Positions 13,008 through 26,260 of a stretch of DNA of 59,775 nt are shown here, in pieces; the stretch's first letter is position 1, and every line of letters begins with the position of its first letter. The stretch comes from Octopus bimaculoides (taxonomy: Eukaryota): assembly GCF_001194135.2 (NCBI RefSeq), contig NC_068983.1, positions 121,598,266 through 121,658,040 on the forward strand, written 5' to 3'. The notes below the pieces were generated by a model. It was not told the DNA's origin and did no database searches. It saw only the letters and a program-made list of their open reading frames with translations. The position numbers were made by a program, and so were the translations under genes.

Positions 13008-14800
13008 ATCACCACTTGTTTCTTTGAGCTTTATTTTTTTATCTGTTTTTAGGTCAAGTAAATGCTTGAAGTATTACATTAAATACTGTCATACACCATG
13101 TCTAGCTTTCTGCCAATTCCAAATAGGTTATCTGTTCAATTTCAAACAATGAAGCCATCAATAATTTGTCGGATAACATATCTACAAACATTGTCCTTCC
13201 GTTCAGGATTAAAAAAAAAAACAAAAAAGATATTGTACGTGAAATATCAATACTTTGCGCTCTAGATAGATGTAATGGTATAATCCAACTTACTTCAGTA
13301 ATTTGCAGTGATCCAATTCTCTCTGATTAAATTTTAAAAAAGACAAAGCAACGACAGATATGTCAGTTATATTTTCCCAATTATATTTTTATTGGCGAAT
13401 ATGAAATAACGATAAAAAAATTCATTGGTATTCCGACTTTTATTATTATTATTGTTGTTATTATTATTATTGTCATTATTATAATAATTTTTTTGTCGTA
13501 TTTGTGGGAAAAAATCAATATTTTCAGATTAAAATAGATATGAGCAGAGGCAAAGAGAAAACAGTTAGCTATGTGATATTTGTCAAATTGCTACAGTCGG
13601 GTTTACAAAAAACCCAAATGGAATGTGTTGCACGTGACCGAGCTACGGAAGGTCGTCTGAAAGAATATTCCCTTAGATAAAATTCTGAATGATTTTGTTT
13701 TCTCTTCTCAGCAAATATGGTTCCACCGGTCATTGATGTCCCCACAAAGAAAAATGTTCAAATTTTATTTTGCATTGAAAGAGCATCTAATGAGCATAAA
13801 AAGGATATAATTTATAAAAGATTAAAAAAAAACAGAACAAATCAATCCATCAACAAAGAAACATTATTATTATTTTTTTCTTTAGAATTATTACCTCGTT
13901 GGATAGTGAGTGAACTCTCAAATGATGTTTCTGCTTATGNNNNNNNNNNNNNNNNNNNNNNNNNNNNNNNNNNNNNNNNNNNNNNNNNNNNNNNNNNNNN
14001 NNNNNNNNNNNNNNNNNNNNNNNNNNNNNNNNNNNNNNNNNNNNNNNNNNNNNNNNNNNNNNNNNNNNNNNNNNNNNNNNNNNNNNNNNNNNNNNNNNNN
14101 NNNNNNNNNNNNNNNNNNNNNNNNNNNNNNNNNNNNNNNNNNNNNNNNNNNNNNNNNNNNNNNNNNNNNNNNNNNNNNNNNNNNNNNNNNNNNNNNNNNN
14201 NNNNNNNNNNNNNNNNNNNNNNNNNNNNNNNNNNNNNNNNNNNNNNNNNNNNNNNNNNNNNNNNNNNNNNNNNNNNNNNNNNNNNNNNNNNNNNNNNNNN
14301 NNNNNNNNNNNNNNNNNNNNNNNNNNNNNNNNNNNNNNNNNNNNNNNNNNNNNNNNNNNNNNNNNNNNNNNNNNNNNNNNNNNNNNNNNNNNNNNNNNNN
14401 NNNNNNNNNNNNNNNNNNNNNNNNNNNNNNNNNNNNNNNNNNNNNNNNNNNNNNNNNNNNNNNNNNNNNNNNNNNNNNNNNNNNNNNNNNNNNNNNNNNN
14501 NNNNNNNNNNNNNNNNNNNNNNNNNNNNNNNNNNNNNNNNNNNNNNNNNNNNNNNNNNNNNNNNNNNNNNNNNNNNNNNNNNNNNNNNNNNNNNNNNNNN
14601 NNNNNNNNNNNNNNNNNNNNNNNNNNNNNNNNNNNNNNNNNNNNNNNNNNNNNNNNNNNNNNNNNNNNNNNNNNNNNNNNNNNNNNNNNNNNNNNNNNNN
14701 NNNNNNNNNNNNNNNNGTGTGTGTGTGTGTATGCGTCTCTATTGGTGTGTGAACGGTATTTCTCTCTATATATCTAACTCTCTCTCCCTTCCACTACATA

Positions 14801-14801
14801 G

Positions 14802-14854
<53 letters not shown>

Positions 14855-14862
14855 TCACACAA
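14801..14862. repeat. (ACT)n microsatellite
   Basis: Directly visible. Confidence 0.95.
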
Positions 14863-16369
14863 TCCTTATGCATGTACATACACACACACGCACACACACG
14901 CGTGTGCATGCGCGTATACTCAGACTTGCATATAGGCATACACACAGGAGGTCACATTCAAATCATCTTAATGTAGAACTTCTAAAGTGAGAGCTAATGA
15001 TTGCATATACCATTTTGCTGACATGATATATTACTGTGAACTAATTTACTATAATTCACAGTTACATCTATGAAAATGGAGCTCAATTTCTTACATACTA
15101 CTTTGCGTTTATTTGGTGATGAAAAGGCGAGATGCTATGATATGCATGCCTTTCCCAAAAGCATTTGAGGTATAAGTAAACTAAATTAGCACAGCCGGAT
15201 ATCGAAAGTAGGCATATTTAATTCAATGGCGCCCATCATATTATAAGTTATATATTAGAAGTGCTTGTTCTTAAATTCTACTCATGATGCATGCAAACAC
15301 CGCACAGATAACCGGTACATCATAGCTATCAACTATTGTTACAATTTTTCGAACACTTGCGGCACTGATATTACACCACATTGGTGTACTACACTAGCAA
15401 TGATATAATGATAAAGTGCTATACTATACTAATAAATTTGCAATAATAGTGATGTAAAAAATTTAATGTTTTTGTTTATAAACTGAACTACTGAATAAAG
15501 AAAACGCACACCAGTTAAACAGTTTCTTTTATTTGTCACCTGGAATTCAGCAAACAGTGAATTAGTGTTGAACATTTTGTAACAATTATTATGTTTTGAA
15601 GAGTATTTTTTTATTATTCATTTTAAAACATATATAATGATATAAATGATCGATGCAGCAGACGTTTTGATTCAAACAAAAATATATTTTAAATATTAAT
15701 AAAGAAATTCAAGAATCGGAAAAAACCGTACAAGCGGCGATATTTCAAGAATTTGTGAATCTTGAATTTTGTTTATTTTCATGTATTTCTTTTCATCAGT
15801 AGTAAAGAAATCGTTGACATTTCCTTTATTGTCATATAATAAAACTTTATTTATATTATGTATTGTTATTAATATAATGGTTGATATTTCGTTATCACTA
15901 CATTATATACACCACAACATAATTAACTCAATAATATGTATTTTCAGTGAAGTAAATGCTACCTCTTCACCGATGGAATCATAAGAGCATTGCCAATGAT
16001 TGATATGTAAAATTCAAGTTGTTTAAAACATAAGAGGGTGAGTCGAGAGCTTCCATAGAATTATACCTACTTATAAAATTTAAAATCTAAATCCGGTTTC
16101 GGTACGATAAAATTTTGTTTTCAAGCAAATCATTTCTTGATATATATTCCTATTTTGATGACAATCTGTCTCGATACAAGCTCTTTACTGCCATTTTATG
16201 TCACCATTTTGAAAATTCTCCTCTCACACACTCTCTTTTTCTCTCTCTCATTTACTCTCTCCCTCTCTCTCTCTCTCTCCCTTATCCTTTCTGTGTCTAT
16301 CTCTCTTTCTTGTTCCTACTACTTCACTCTCCCTCCTCACGTAGGTTTTTTTTTAAAATAGACTTTTAC

Positions 16370-16530
16370 TTTGCATCCCAAATTCATTTCTTAATTTCTC
16401 ATCTTCAGTACTTCCTAAATCTAACGTGCCTACGTCGGATTCAAGCGAGTAAACCATTAATGCTTCAACATTATATCCATGTTTCTTCCACTTTTGTAAT
16501 TGTTTTGCTATTACAAGTGTCATAGTTACT
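16370..16530 (-). other. Candidate 161-nt coding exon (VTMTLVIAKQLQKWKKHGYNVEALMVYSLESDVGTLDLGSTEDEKLRNEFGMQ)
   Basis: TAG acceptor and GTAAAA donor on the minus strand, with a stop-free, protein-like frame. I recognise no homology. Confidence 0.25.
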
Positions 16531-16942
16531 CTACCATGATTAAATTATAAAAGATTGCCAACATATTCCCTATTCGTGGCAGAGTAAATCAACGAACATT
16601 TCTGTACAATGTTGGGCTTGTGAAAAAATATATAAAGTAAAAAAAAAAAAAAAATCAAATCGTAAACTAAAATAAAGAATCACACACACTCGCGTGCTCA
16701 CATATACATTAAAGATAATTGAACAGTTCTCTGTAAATATTATATTTATGATTGTTGTTTGGCTTTATTAAAAAAAAAAACGTAAGAAAGAAGCTGATCA
16801 ATGAAATTCTTTCGAATGAACGTTAACATAGAAGCTATTTCTATGATAACATTCTGACATCCATTGCTTTTTAATTATGATTTGTTTTATTAACCTCAAA
16901 GCTGATGGATGAGAGGGACATTTCAAACGGTAACAGTAGGGC

Positions 16943-17010
<68 letters not shown>

Positions 17011-17226
17011 TCCTTTCTATTATAGGTACAAAGCCCGAAATTTGGGGGATGGAGATAGTCGATTACATCGACTCCAGTACTCGACTGGTACTTAATTTGT
17101 CGACCCCGAAAGGATAAAAGGTAAAGTTGACCTCGGTGGAATTTGAACTCAGAACATAAAGACGGACGAAATGCCACTAAGCATTTTGTCCGGCGCGCGC
17201 GGTAACAATTCTACCAGCTAGCAACC

Positions 17227-17228
<2 letters not shown>
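16943..17228 (-). mobile_element. tRNA-derived SINE (aaggcggcgagctggcag-type head) with (TTA)n tail
   Basis: Minus-strand A-box-like TGGTAGAATTG and B-box-like GAGTTCAAATTCC. Same family as 18350, 33967 and 45061. Flanked by (AAT)n on both sides. Confidence 0.85.
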
Positions 17229-17259
<31 letters not shown>

Positions 17260-17356
17260 TTGAAGCATGACCAGCAAACAAATGTCACCTGAGTCTGCTG
17301 GCTGTGAACAGCTGATACTTTCCATCATACCCAGCAAAATAAGCTGTGAGTTTTTC

Positions 17357-17414
<58 letters not shown>

Positions 17415-17726
17415 TTCTTCGGAAGAAGAATAAAGCCTATTGCTTTTATTTCCTTCCAATCAACCGCTTGTTACACATTTTGTTATTTTATATGGGTCGT
17501 ATGTTCTTTATATTGTAACGAGAGTTGCCATTACAAAGGAAAATATATGCTCGTGTGGTTTTTTAAGAATCAAATTACCATGTCTGATAACTCAGTTGAT
17601 GAATGACAGTAACTTCAGCAAAAACTGTATTAGAGTACATTTCTAGCCCTGGTATTGAACTCAACTCCCAAAGCTTTCGCTGCTGAGAGTATTAAACTTT
17701 ACCTTTATTATTTCACCTGTTTGCAG

Positions 17727-17752
17727 CCGATATTTCATGTATCGTTCGGTTG
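17727..17752 (+). other. Candidate 26-nt exon
   Basis: Acceptor ttattatttcacctgtttgcag, exon CCGATATTTCATGTATCGTTCGGTTG, donor GTGAGT. All three frames are open. Confidence 0.3.
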
Positions 17753-17874
17753 GTGAGTGTCATTGCTCATTGGAGTGAAAGGAAATCACTGAAGATTTCA
17801 TTTTTATCTGGTGTATATGTTGGACAAGTCAGATGTAGTAAACCCATCACATTATGCTCTTTTTCTTTCTCTTA

Positions 17875-17907
<33 letters not shown>

Positions 17908-18349
17908 TCTCTCTCTCTTTCTCTTTCTCTCTCTCTCTCTCTCTCACTGTCTATTCCCCTCTCCCTCTTTTATCCACAATATTTTCCTTTCTCCAAGAGT
18001 TATACTCATCTGTTGAAGGAACTTTTATTCATACTTCAGTACGAGAAGTTGATAAAACGTTTGTCTGATTTACAAAGTTCTTGCTGCTTGTGTCTCCTTC
18101 CACAGTTACTATGCCAATATTTCATTTAACTCTAGGCCGAGCAGATCCTGTGTGAAAGCGTTTCGTCTACACAACAAAACACGGCATCCATTAACAAGGG
18201 ATACTAATTATTGACTGCTTGATTAATTAATTGCTACCAATTAATATCATTCAGATATCGTCAAAAGAACGCCGCGTTGAATCTTGTATCGAAGAATTTC
18301 TGAATTTAGAAATAAAAATTCCAATTGTTAAGACTACTATATTTAATAT

Positions 18350-18541
18350 TGGTTTCAAATTTTGGTACAAATCCAGGCGAGGGGGCAAGTCTATTATATC
18401 AACCCCAGTTTTCAACTGTTCTTACTTTATCGATCACGAAAGGATGACCTCGGCGGAATTTGAACTCAGAACGTAAAGACGGAGAAAATGCAACTAAGCA
18501 TTTTGCCCGGCGTGCTAACTATTCTGCCAGCTCAACGCCTT
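18350..18541 (-). mobile_element. tRNA-derived SINE, same family as 16943-17228
   Basis: cctcggcggaatttgaactcagaacgtaaagacgg...gcattttgcccggcgtgctaac..ctgccagctc..cctt. Confidence 0.85.
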
Positions 18542-19102
18542 CTCCATAACATTTAATATTGAAATGACGCTGTACATGAAAACATTGTCAGCAGTTATAA
18601 TTTGGCAGGTTATTGTCATATTTACATATATACATATAGGATGCTTAAACTGAGGTCAATTAAATCAACTTCCTGTTTTTGATTTCATCAACCCTGGGAA
18701 AATGAAGTAAAATCAACGACAACGGGCCTTTGAACTAAAATATCGGCGCTCTACTGATTCCAACGTTCCAAAACTATGTTTTGTGACATAATATATAATG
18801 CATAAAAAAATATGTATGAAGAACAACAATGTGTAATGTACATAAAATGATCATGTAGCAGTGTGCAGTCACGTGAATTTGTGTGTATATGAACATGTGA
18901 CTGAAAGGAGAGAAAGATTAGAATCTGATAAAGTGTTATATACTTATATTGTGTGTCTGTATACGTACATACACACACATATGTGTGTGTGCGCGCGCAC
19001 GTGTGTGTATGCGTGTGTGTATATATGTGTATATATGCAAGTATGTATATATTCACATATATACACATATACATATATACACACATACGNNNNNNNNNNN
19101 NN

Positions 19103-19156
<54 letters not shown>

Positions 19157-19159
19157 GTC

Positions 19160-19199
<40 letters not shown>

Positions 19200-19839
19200 T
19201 GTGGTGTGTATGTGTGTGTGTATATACACATGCGAACGCATATGTTAATGATGACGAACAGCAGAAAGAGTACTCAATATCGGGGGTCGGGATTAAACTG
19301 TTTGTTACATGATGCCAGAGAGAGCATGCTGATATTCAAACTTTCCTGCCAGCAGGAAAAGAATCTTACTTTATTTGTTCATTTGAACACAATAAACTTT
19401 TTCTGCTCACAAGAAACTTCGAGTCCCTGTATATTTTGACTAACTTTACATAATATAATACGTACACACACACGCATACGCACGCACGCGCGCGCACACA
19501 CACGCATACGCACAAACATACATACACAACAAGCGTATATGTGTGTACCCGTGTGTACGAGTGAGTGTTTGCGTGTGTACATGTACGTGCAAACACTTGA
19601 GTGTAAAAGAGAAAGTGGCAAGAAAGAACTCAATATCAAAATTTGAGTGTTATATGATATTAAAAGCGAGAAAAAAAATTCACAACAGTTACTTCAGCTT
19701 GCTAGTTTCTTATTAGATCGTACGAAGATCGGAACCATGAAATTCGGTGCAAAAAATTTGTGATGTTTATGCATATATTTATATATTATTTATATTATAT
19801 GATCGAACGCCGCGCATCCTTTTCCAAGTAATTGTGTAT

Positions 19840-19877
<38 letters not shown>

Positions 19878-19937
19878 GCATGTATGTATGTATGTATGTA
19901 TATATATATATATAGTGAGAGAGAGAGAGAAAGAGAA

Positions 19938-20012
<75 letters not shown>
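19938..20012. repeat. (GATA)n microsatellite
   Basis: Directly visible. Confidence 0.95.
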
Positions 20013-20342
20013 TTGTGAGTACAGTTAGATGTTTGAGTACTACTGCATGAGTTAGACCTTCTGGTAGATTATTATTATTATCCAGTCTGGTTCCAGTATA
20101 CGGTTTCGTTTACTACTATACTTCGCAGTGTTATTAGTTATACAGATCATAGATGGTAGAAAAGTATGATAAATACCAATGTAATTTTTTAGTTTTTACG
20201 TACATTTCACCATTGCAGTTATTTGAAACCCATCACTGGATGTTCCAAATGCTTTTAGATGCATAACGGCAATAGATCAGGGGAGCACCATATTGCATTC
20301 TGTTACAGAGATCTAATATATCAATATTTGCATACACACATA

Positions 20343-20925
20343 CAGTGTTCGGGCAAAATTTGACGATTCATTACGTTTCCGTTTTGTTTCAGGGACAGCG
20401 TGATGCATTGGTGAACAGTCAACAGCGTTGGAGAGCATAAAGATTAAAGATGTATTTGAGAAAATTTGTATGACATGGAGGACTGGAAGCTATCTGAATA
20501 TACGAAAAGTGTTAACAGTATCATGATGATTCGTGCCGAGTATCAAAATGCTGACATCATGACTGCTGCTCAATGCTCTGTCAACATTGCAAAGGCTGTA
20601 AGACGTAACGTGGACATCATGAACACCAAGATTCCTCCAAACTCTGATGGCCTTTCGGTGTGTCTTCAGTGATGGTGATATCATGCAGCCCTACATCCTC
20701 GAACAGAGCCTTAGGTTCAATTCAGATGGCTATGTGAAGTTGGTGGAGGCTGTGATCAAACCCTGGCTGGAGAGCGTTGCTGCTGGAAGACCATGTGTGA
20801 AATGGTTGTCGGAGAATTTCTACGACGTAACCAGCCCCAATCTCTGACTTCCTAATTCCCTTGATTGTAATCCCACGGATTAATGTGTGGGGCGCAGTTG
20901 AAAAAGAAAGACACCAACCGTCCTC
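20343..20925 (+). mobile_element. Internally deleted Tc1/mariner-superfamily transposon, maT (DD37D)-like
   Basis: TA|cagtgttcgggcaaaatt terminus. Peptides MNTKIP, DGDIMQPYILEQSLRFNSDGYVKLVEAVIKPWLESVAAGRP, KWLSENFYDVTSPNL, PNSLDCNPTD and VWGAVEK. The QQDxAP block is deleted and I found no right TIR. Confidence 0.75.
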
Positions 20926-21262
20926 TCTCCAGCATCTAGGACGGGTTGGTATATGTCCTTTTATCGTTTATCGTATAGAGTGGACGCTCAATACGAAGTT
21001 TTGAACTCATTATCTTGTGGTCAGTAATCCATTACCTTAAATTTGAAACCATTAAATCTGTAAACATTATTTTACAGGGTTTAGTCATTCGACTGTCGCC
21101 ATGGCAGTGTATCACCTTCAAAAATTTAAATGATCATACTGACCTCAGTACGTATTTCAATCTGGCATTTATTTTCATCTCTGCTTGATGAACTGCTAAC
21201 TTTGAGACATAGTGCGACACAATACTCGATTTAACAACAAATGTAAACACACACACACATAT

Positions 21263-21412
21263 TAGGTGCAAGAATGACTGTGTGGTTGAGTTTACTTCCC
21301 AACCGCATGGTTCCATGATCAGTTCCTCTGCATGGTACCTTGGGCAAGTGTTTTCTACTATAGCCCTAAGCCAACCACAGACTTGTGACTGAATTTGGTA
21401 GACGAAAACTGC
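21263..21412 (+). mobile_element. tRNA-derived CORE-type SINE, 5' half
   Basis: tgactgtgtggtt head, then ccaaccgcatggttcc and accttgggcaagtgttttctactatagcc. Confidence 0.8.
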
Positions 21413-21544
21413 AGCATTGTTCATCAAAAAATGACCGAAAATCATGTTTATAAAGAACTGTTTGCTTCATACTCCTCGTGTGCCAATTCTGCTCATAAGA
21501 AAAAAAAAAAGAAGAAGAATACAATGTGGCTGTAGGTCAGAACA

Positions 21545-21573
21545 CCAGGGCAACGCCGAGATGCATTGCTAGT
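21545..21573 (+). mobile_element. Possible Helitron/Helentron-type 3' terminus
   Basis: ccagggcaacgccgag...gCTAGT: a degenerate GC hairpin followed by CTAG-T. Confidence 0.3.
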
Positions 21574-22862
21574 ATGTGTGTGTGTGTGTTTGTGTGTGAG
21601 CACCTGCATCGCTAAAAATAGAAATCAAAAATACCTGTGCCACAGAATAGTCACAAAATTGATACAAACATGATAGGAAAAAATTCAAGTGAACAATAAA
21701 ATAGGTCTTACCTTTGCTAGATCAATATATACATATATACTTTATATATATACTTTATATATATATATATATATATANNNNNNNNNNNNNNNNNNNNNNN
21801 NNNNNNNNNNNNNNNNNNNNNNNNNNNNNNNNNNNNNNNNNNNNNNNNNNNNNNNNNNNNNNNNNNNNNNNNNNNNNNNNNNNNNNNNNNNNNNNNNNNN
21901 NNNNNNNNNNNNNNNNNNNNNNNNNNNNNNNNNNNNNNNNNNNNNNNNNNNNNNNNNNNNNNNNNNNNNNNNNNNNNNNNNNNNNNNNNNNNNNNNNNNN
22001 NNNNNNNNNNNNNNNNNNNNNNNNNNNNNNNNNNNNNNNNNNNNNNNNNNNNNNNNNNNNNNNNNNNNNNNNNNNNNNNNNNNNNNNNNNNNNNNNNNNN
22101 NNNNNNNNNNNNNNNNNNNNNNNNNNNNNNNNNNNNNNNNNNNNNNNNNNNNNNNNNNNNNNNNNNNNNNNNNNNNNNNNNNNNNNNNNNNNNNNNNNNN
22201 NNNNNNNNNNNNNNNNNNNNNNNNNNNNNNNNNNNNNNNNNNNNNNNNNNNNNNNNNNNNNNNNNNNNNNNNNNNNNNNNNNNNNNNNNNNNNNNNNNNN
22301 NNNNNNNNNNNNNNNNNNNNNNNNNNNNNNNNNNNNNNNNNNNNNNNNNNNNNNNNNNNNNNNNNNNNNNNNNNNNNNNNNNNNNNNNNNNNNNNNNNNN
22401 NNNNNNNNNNNNNNNNNNNNNNNNNNNNNNNNNNNNNNNNNNNNNNNNNNNNNNNNNNNNNNNNNNNNNNNNNNNNNNNNNNNNNNNNNNNNNNNNNNNN
22501 NNNNNNNNNNNNNNNNNNNNNNNNNNNNNNNNNNNNNNNNNNNNNNNNNNNNNNNNNNNNNNNNNNNNNNNNNNNNNNNNNNNNNNNNNNNNNNNNNTAT
22601 ACATATACATACACACACACACACTTATGTATATATGAGTAGATATGAGCAGATATGAGTGTGTGTATGTATGTATGTATGTATGTATGTATGTATTGCG
22701 TGTGTGTCTGTATATGTCCATGTATACTCATACATACATCGCTATATCAAAGCAAAATCATTTCATACATACTTTATACACACACACATATGTATATATG
22801 TGTATGTATATGTGTGTATGTATTATGTGTGGGGAGTGTATGTATTGTGTGCGTGCGTGCGT

Positions 22863-22923
<61 letters not shown>

Positions 22924-23696
22924 TATATGCATGCTCTCGTGCTAGCTTATGTGTATAGAACTAAATGTTAGACTGGTTGGAAACGAAAGCTCTGTTTATG
23001 AGCCTTGTAGTCAATAATAAAAAAAACCTGTGTAACGAATAAAACTGGAATTCTATCTTTCAATAGAAAAATCACATTCAATAATTCAATCTGTAAGTAA
23101 GCTATTAAGTTTGTGTTAGGAATGAAAAAAAAAACTGTGCTACGGTGTGTTAAAAGGGTAGTAGCTCACTCACAGGTTAACTGCTGTTTCAACTAACACT
23201 GACGACTATTCTTTCACAGCATGTTAAAGGTTAACTGTTGTTAACTGTCCACTCACAACGCTGTTATCAGATTTAACTGCTGTCATTATTAACACACTTA
23301 ACTGTTTCCATCACATGGTAAATAAGTTTATTGATATTCATGTCATATTATCACTATCAACTGCTAATTCACAACCTGTCAAATGGTTAACTCTTTAACG
23401 CTATTGTTCGACTTATTCATTGTTTCAACAAGTTAACTACACATATAAATGTGTGTGTGTGTGTTAATTCTTAGAATAAACTACTTATTCGAAGTTTCTA
23501 ACCTACTTTAACATTTTAATTACTAAATTAGAATGTTTTTCACAGGTTAATTGCTATTATAATTTGTTGACATGTTAATCGTCAGTTACAATTAGAATGC
23601 TGGTTGGAGGTAAACACAATTAATAGCTACTTGTAACATGATAACTTGTTATTTCACATCATGTTCGGTAATTAACAACATAACGTTTGAGCAGGC

Positions 23697-23791
23697 AACT
23701 AAAATGACAAAAACCACAATATACAAATGCTTATGACATAACATTGGTATGTCATAAGCATTTGTATATTGTGGTTTTTGTCATTTTAGTT
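23697..23791. repeat. Perfect 44-bp inverted repeat with 7-nt loop
   Basis: 23697-23740 is the exact reverse complement of 23748-23791. The loop is ACATTGG. Confidence 0.97.
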
Positions 23792-24033
23792 ACAAAATAA
23801 ATTAATTAATTCAACGGAATACACTGTCTGCAAGTCGATGGATACCGCATATTCCCCTCCATTTTCTTATTGCTATATAAATTTAGGGTAAAATAACCCC
23901 CCTTTTACCCGCACCCACTTATTACACTTGGTATAACACTAGTATAACAATAATTAGGTACCCTCCCAGCAGTATTTTGGACAGATACTATCCCTTAGTG
24001 GGTTGAATCCTTAACTCCTAACTCTCTCTCTCT

Positions 24034-24067
<34 letters not shown>

Positions 24068-24297
24068 ANNNNNNNNNNNNNNNNNNNNNNNNNNNNNNNN
24101 NNNNNNNNNNNNNNNNNNNNNNNNNNNNNNNNNNNNNNNNNNNNNNNNNNNNNNNNNNNNNNNNNNNNNNNNNNNNNNNNNNNNNNNNNNNNNNNNNNNN
24201 NNNNNNNNNNNNNNNNNNNNNNNNNNNNNNNNNNNNNNNNNNNNNNNNNNNNNNNNNNNNNNNNNNNNNNNNNNNNNNNNNNNNNNNNNNNNNNNNN

Positions 24298-24361
<64 letters not shown>

Positions 24362-24564
24362 CCAGTTAGATAATTGTAAGTTTGTTTCTTCAGTGCCCAA
24401 CTTTTCCAATTGTGACTCCGTTTCTACATTATTGATTTTGTTTTCCGACCTCAATATTTGGTGAAATACTGACCCAAAATCACACGGAGCATTTAATGCT
24501 GCATTAAGAATTTTTTTTATATATTTGTCTTAATTATGTATTCCCGTAATTAGGCACAGTTGTT

Positions 24565-24697
24565 GTCATCATCATCGTCGTCATCGTCGTCGTCTTCATC
24601 ATCATCATCATCCTCATCACCGTCGTCGTCGTCGTCGTCATCATCATTATTATAAATCGTCACCTCTAACGGTAATAGCTTAGTCATCATAAACCTG

Positions 24698-24746
<49 letters not shown>
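24565..24746. repeat. (TCA/TCG)n and (ACT)n trinucleotide microsatellites
   Basis: Directly visible. They explain the poly-D/poly-V ORF. Confidence 0.9.
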
Positions 24747-26029
24747 GTACAAGCGATTGCATATCCTTCGAGTTGTACTTATTGCAGATGCCATGATGGA
24801 CACAATTTCAAGAAATCTTTTTTCTCAAATTTGTCTTCTATTTATATTTAAAATATATTTTAAATGTTATTTTATATGTGCATTATGTATGCATAAACAC
24901 ACACACACACGCACACATATATATATATACATATNNNNNNNNNNNNNNNNNNNNNNTATATATATATATATACAGTGTGTTCATAATTTAGCCTTAGAAT
25001 TGAAAATATTCAAAAAAAAAAATTAAAATAAGGACAATTTACCAGAGTTTATTGGCAAAAAGAAATAAAGTTTTATTAGAAACGCAGCAAATCTAGACGC
25101 TACGATTCAATAAATAGTGGAAGATGTAAAACTAATTTATGACCTCTCCTCTCTCTCTTTCATTCTCGCTCTTACTCCCTCTCTCTCTATCTAAAATTTT
25201 AACCGAAGATGGTGAATTATATGTTATGATATTATTTATGAATACATCAATAACATTTTCCCAAAACAGCTGTCTTAAAGTTTAAACATTATATGTGTTC
25301 TCTTTTTACACCTAAGTCACAACTGGAACCAACCCTAGAGTCGGATCTACGGTTTAAATTAGGTTTGGTACTTACATTTCTACAGTATCCTACCAACACT
25401 TGATACTTTCATTGTTGTTTATCTTACTGAGAACTCTATGTTAACCTAGCCATTTCTGGCGCCCTACTTGCTGACATGCGTAGGTTCTAACGGATCTTTA
25501 TAATTATGTTATACACACACACACATACACACACACACATATGCATTGAACATTCCTGTGATGCCATCATGCACACGACTATGGGTTATAAATTAACACA
25601 CTGTACGATTAGCCCAAATAAACAAAGAAAATGCACCAACAAAAATAATTATTCTACAGATTTTAAATTAGACACTGAACAACTGTTACTGTTAGTGTGC
25701 TTAGAAGAAGGGCTCACAAGTTATTAAAGATTAAGAATTAATGAATGTAAAGTAAAAGAAACAGAGAGAAAAGGAAAAAGAAGTCTTTCATTTTATTTTT
25801 AGAAAGACACAAGAGCATTAGTATTCATTTCGTAAGTCTCCAAATATTTGTTGTCCTATGTAGTTTAACCTAAATACAACATGGTTCGATTCTGAGTGAT
25901 GTGAGAAAAACGTTTCTTATTTGATTTCTGTAGCACAAGTACAGGGTGTTCACCTTGAGGTATCATTGCATAACAAGTGGATGTACCTTACAAAGTGCAT
26001 TATACACATACGTTAGACATGCCATCTTT

Positions 26030-26260
26030 GACACCCTTCCAGCAACTCCAGGATAGGTGGATTTCTCCAACCATCTAAGGGAATTTACCTAGGAGGGGGC
26101 CACTCCAAAGTAAGACCTACAGCTTGCTGGTCACTGCAACGGTCTTAGCCTGCAGACCCACTGTGGTCAGACCTCCAAGTCTAAGGAGTGGGATCGGTTA
26201 GTATAGACTTACTTTCACTTTAAATCTACTAAGCACTGGTTGGAAGAAAAGCCCTGCAGC
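26030..26260 (+). mobile_element. Possible RTE-type retroelement 5' region fragment
   Basis: Motifs cacc/ctgcaacggtcttagcc, gtggtcagacc and aaggagtgggatc resemble a cephalopod RTE-related repeat as I recall it. Unverified. Confidence 0.3.

Noticed and set aside
13590-13800. Possible two small plus-strand exons (acceptor at 13711)
   Set aside because: The donor GTCGTC is weak, the implied intron is only ~60 nt, and no recognisable peptide results.
24550-24762. Acidic poly-Asp protein segment
   Set aside because: It is a trinucleotide microsatellite with no supporting splice or domain context.
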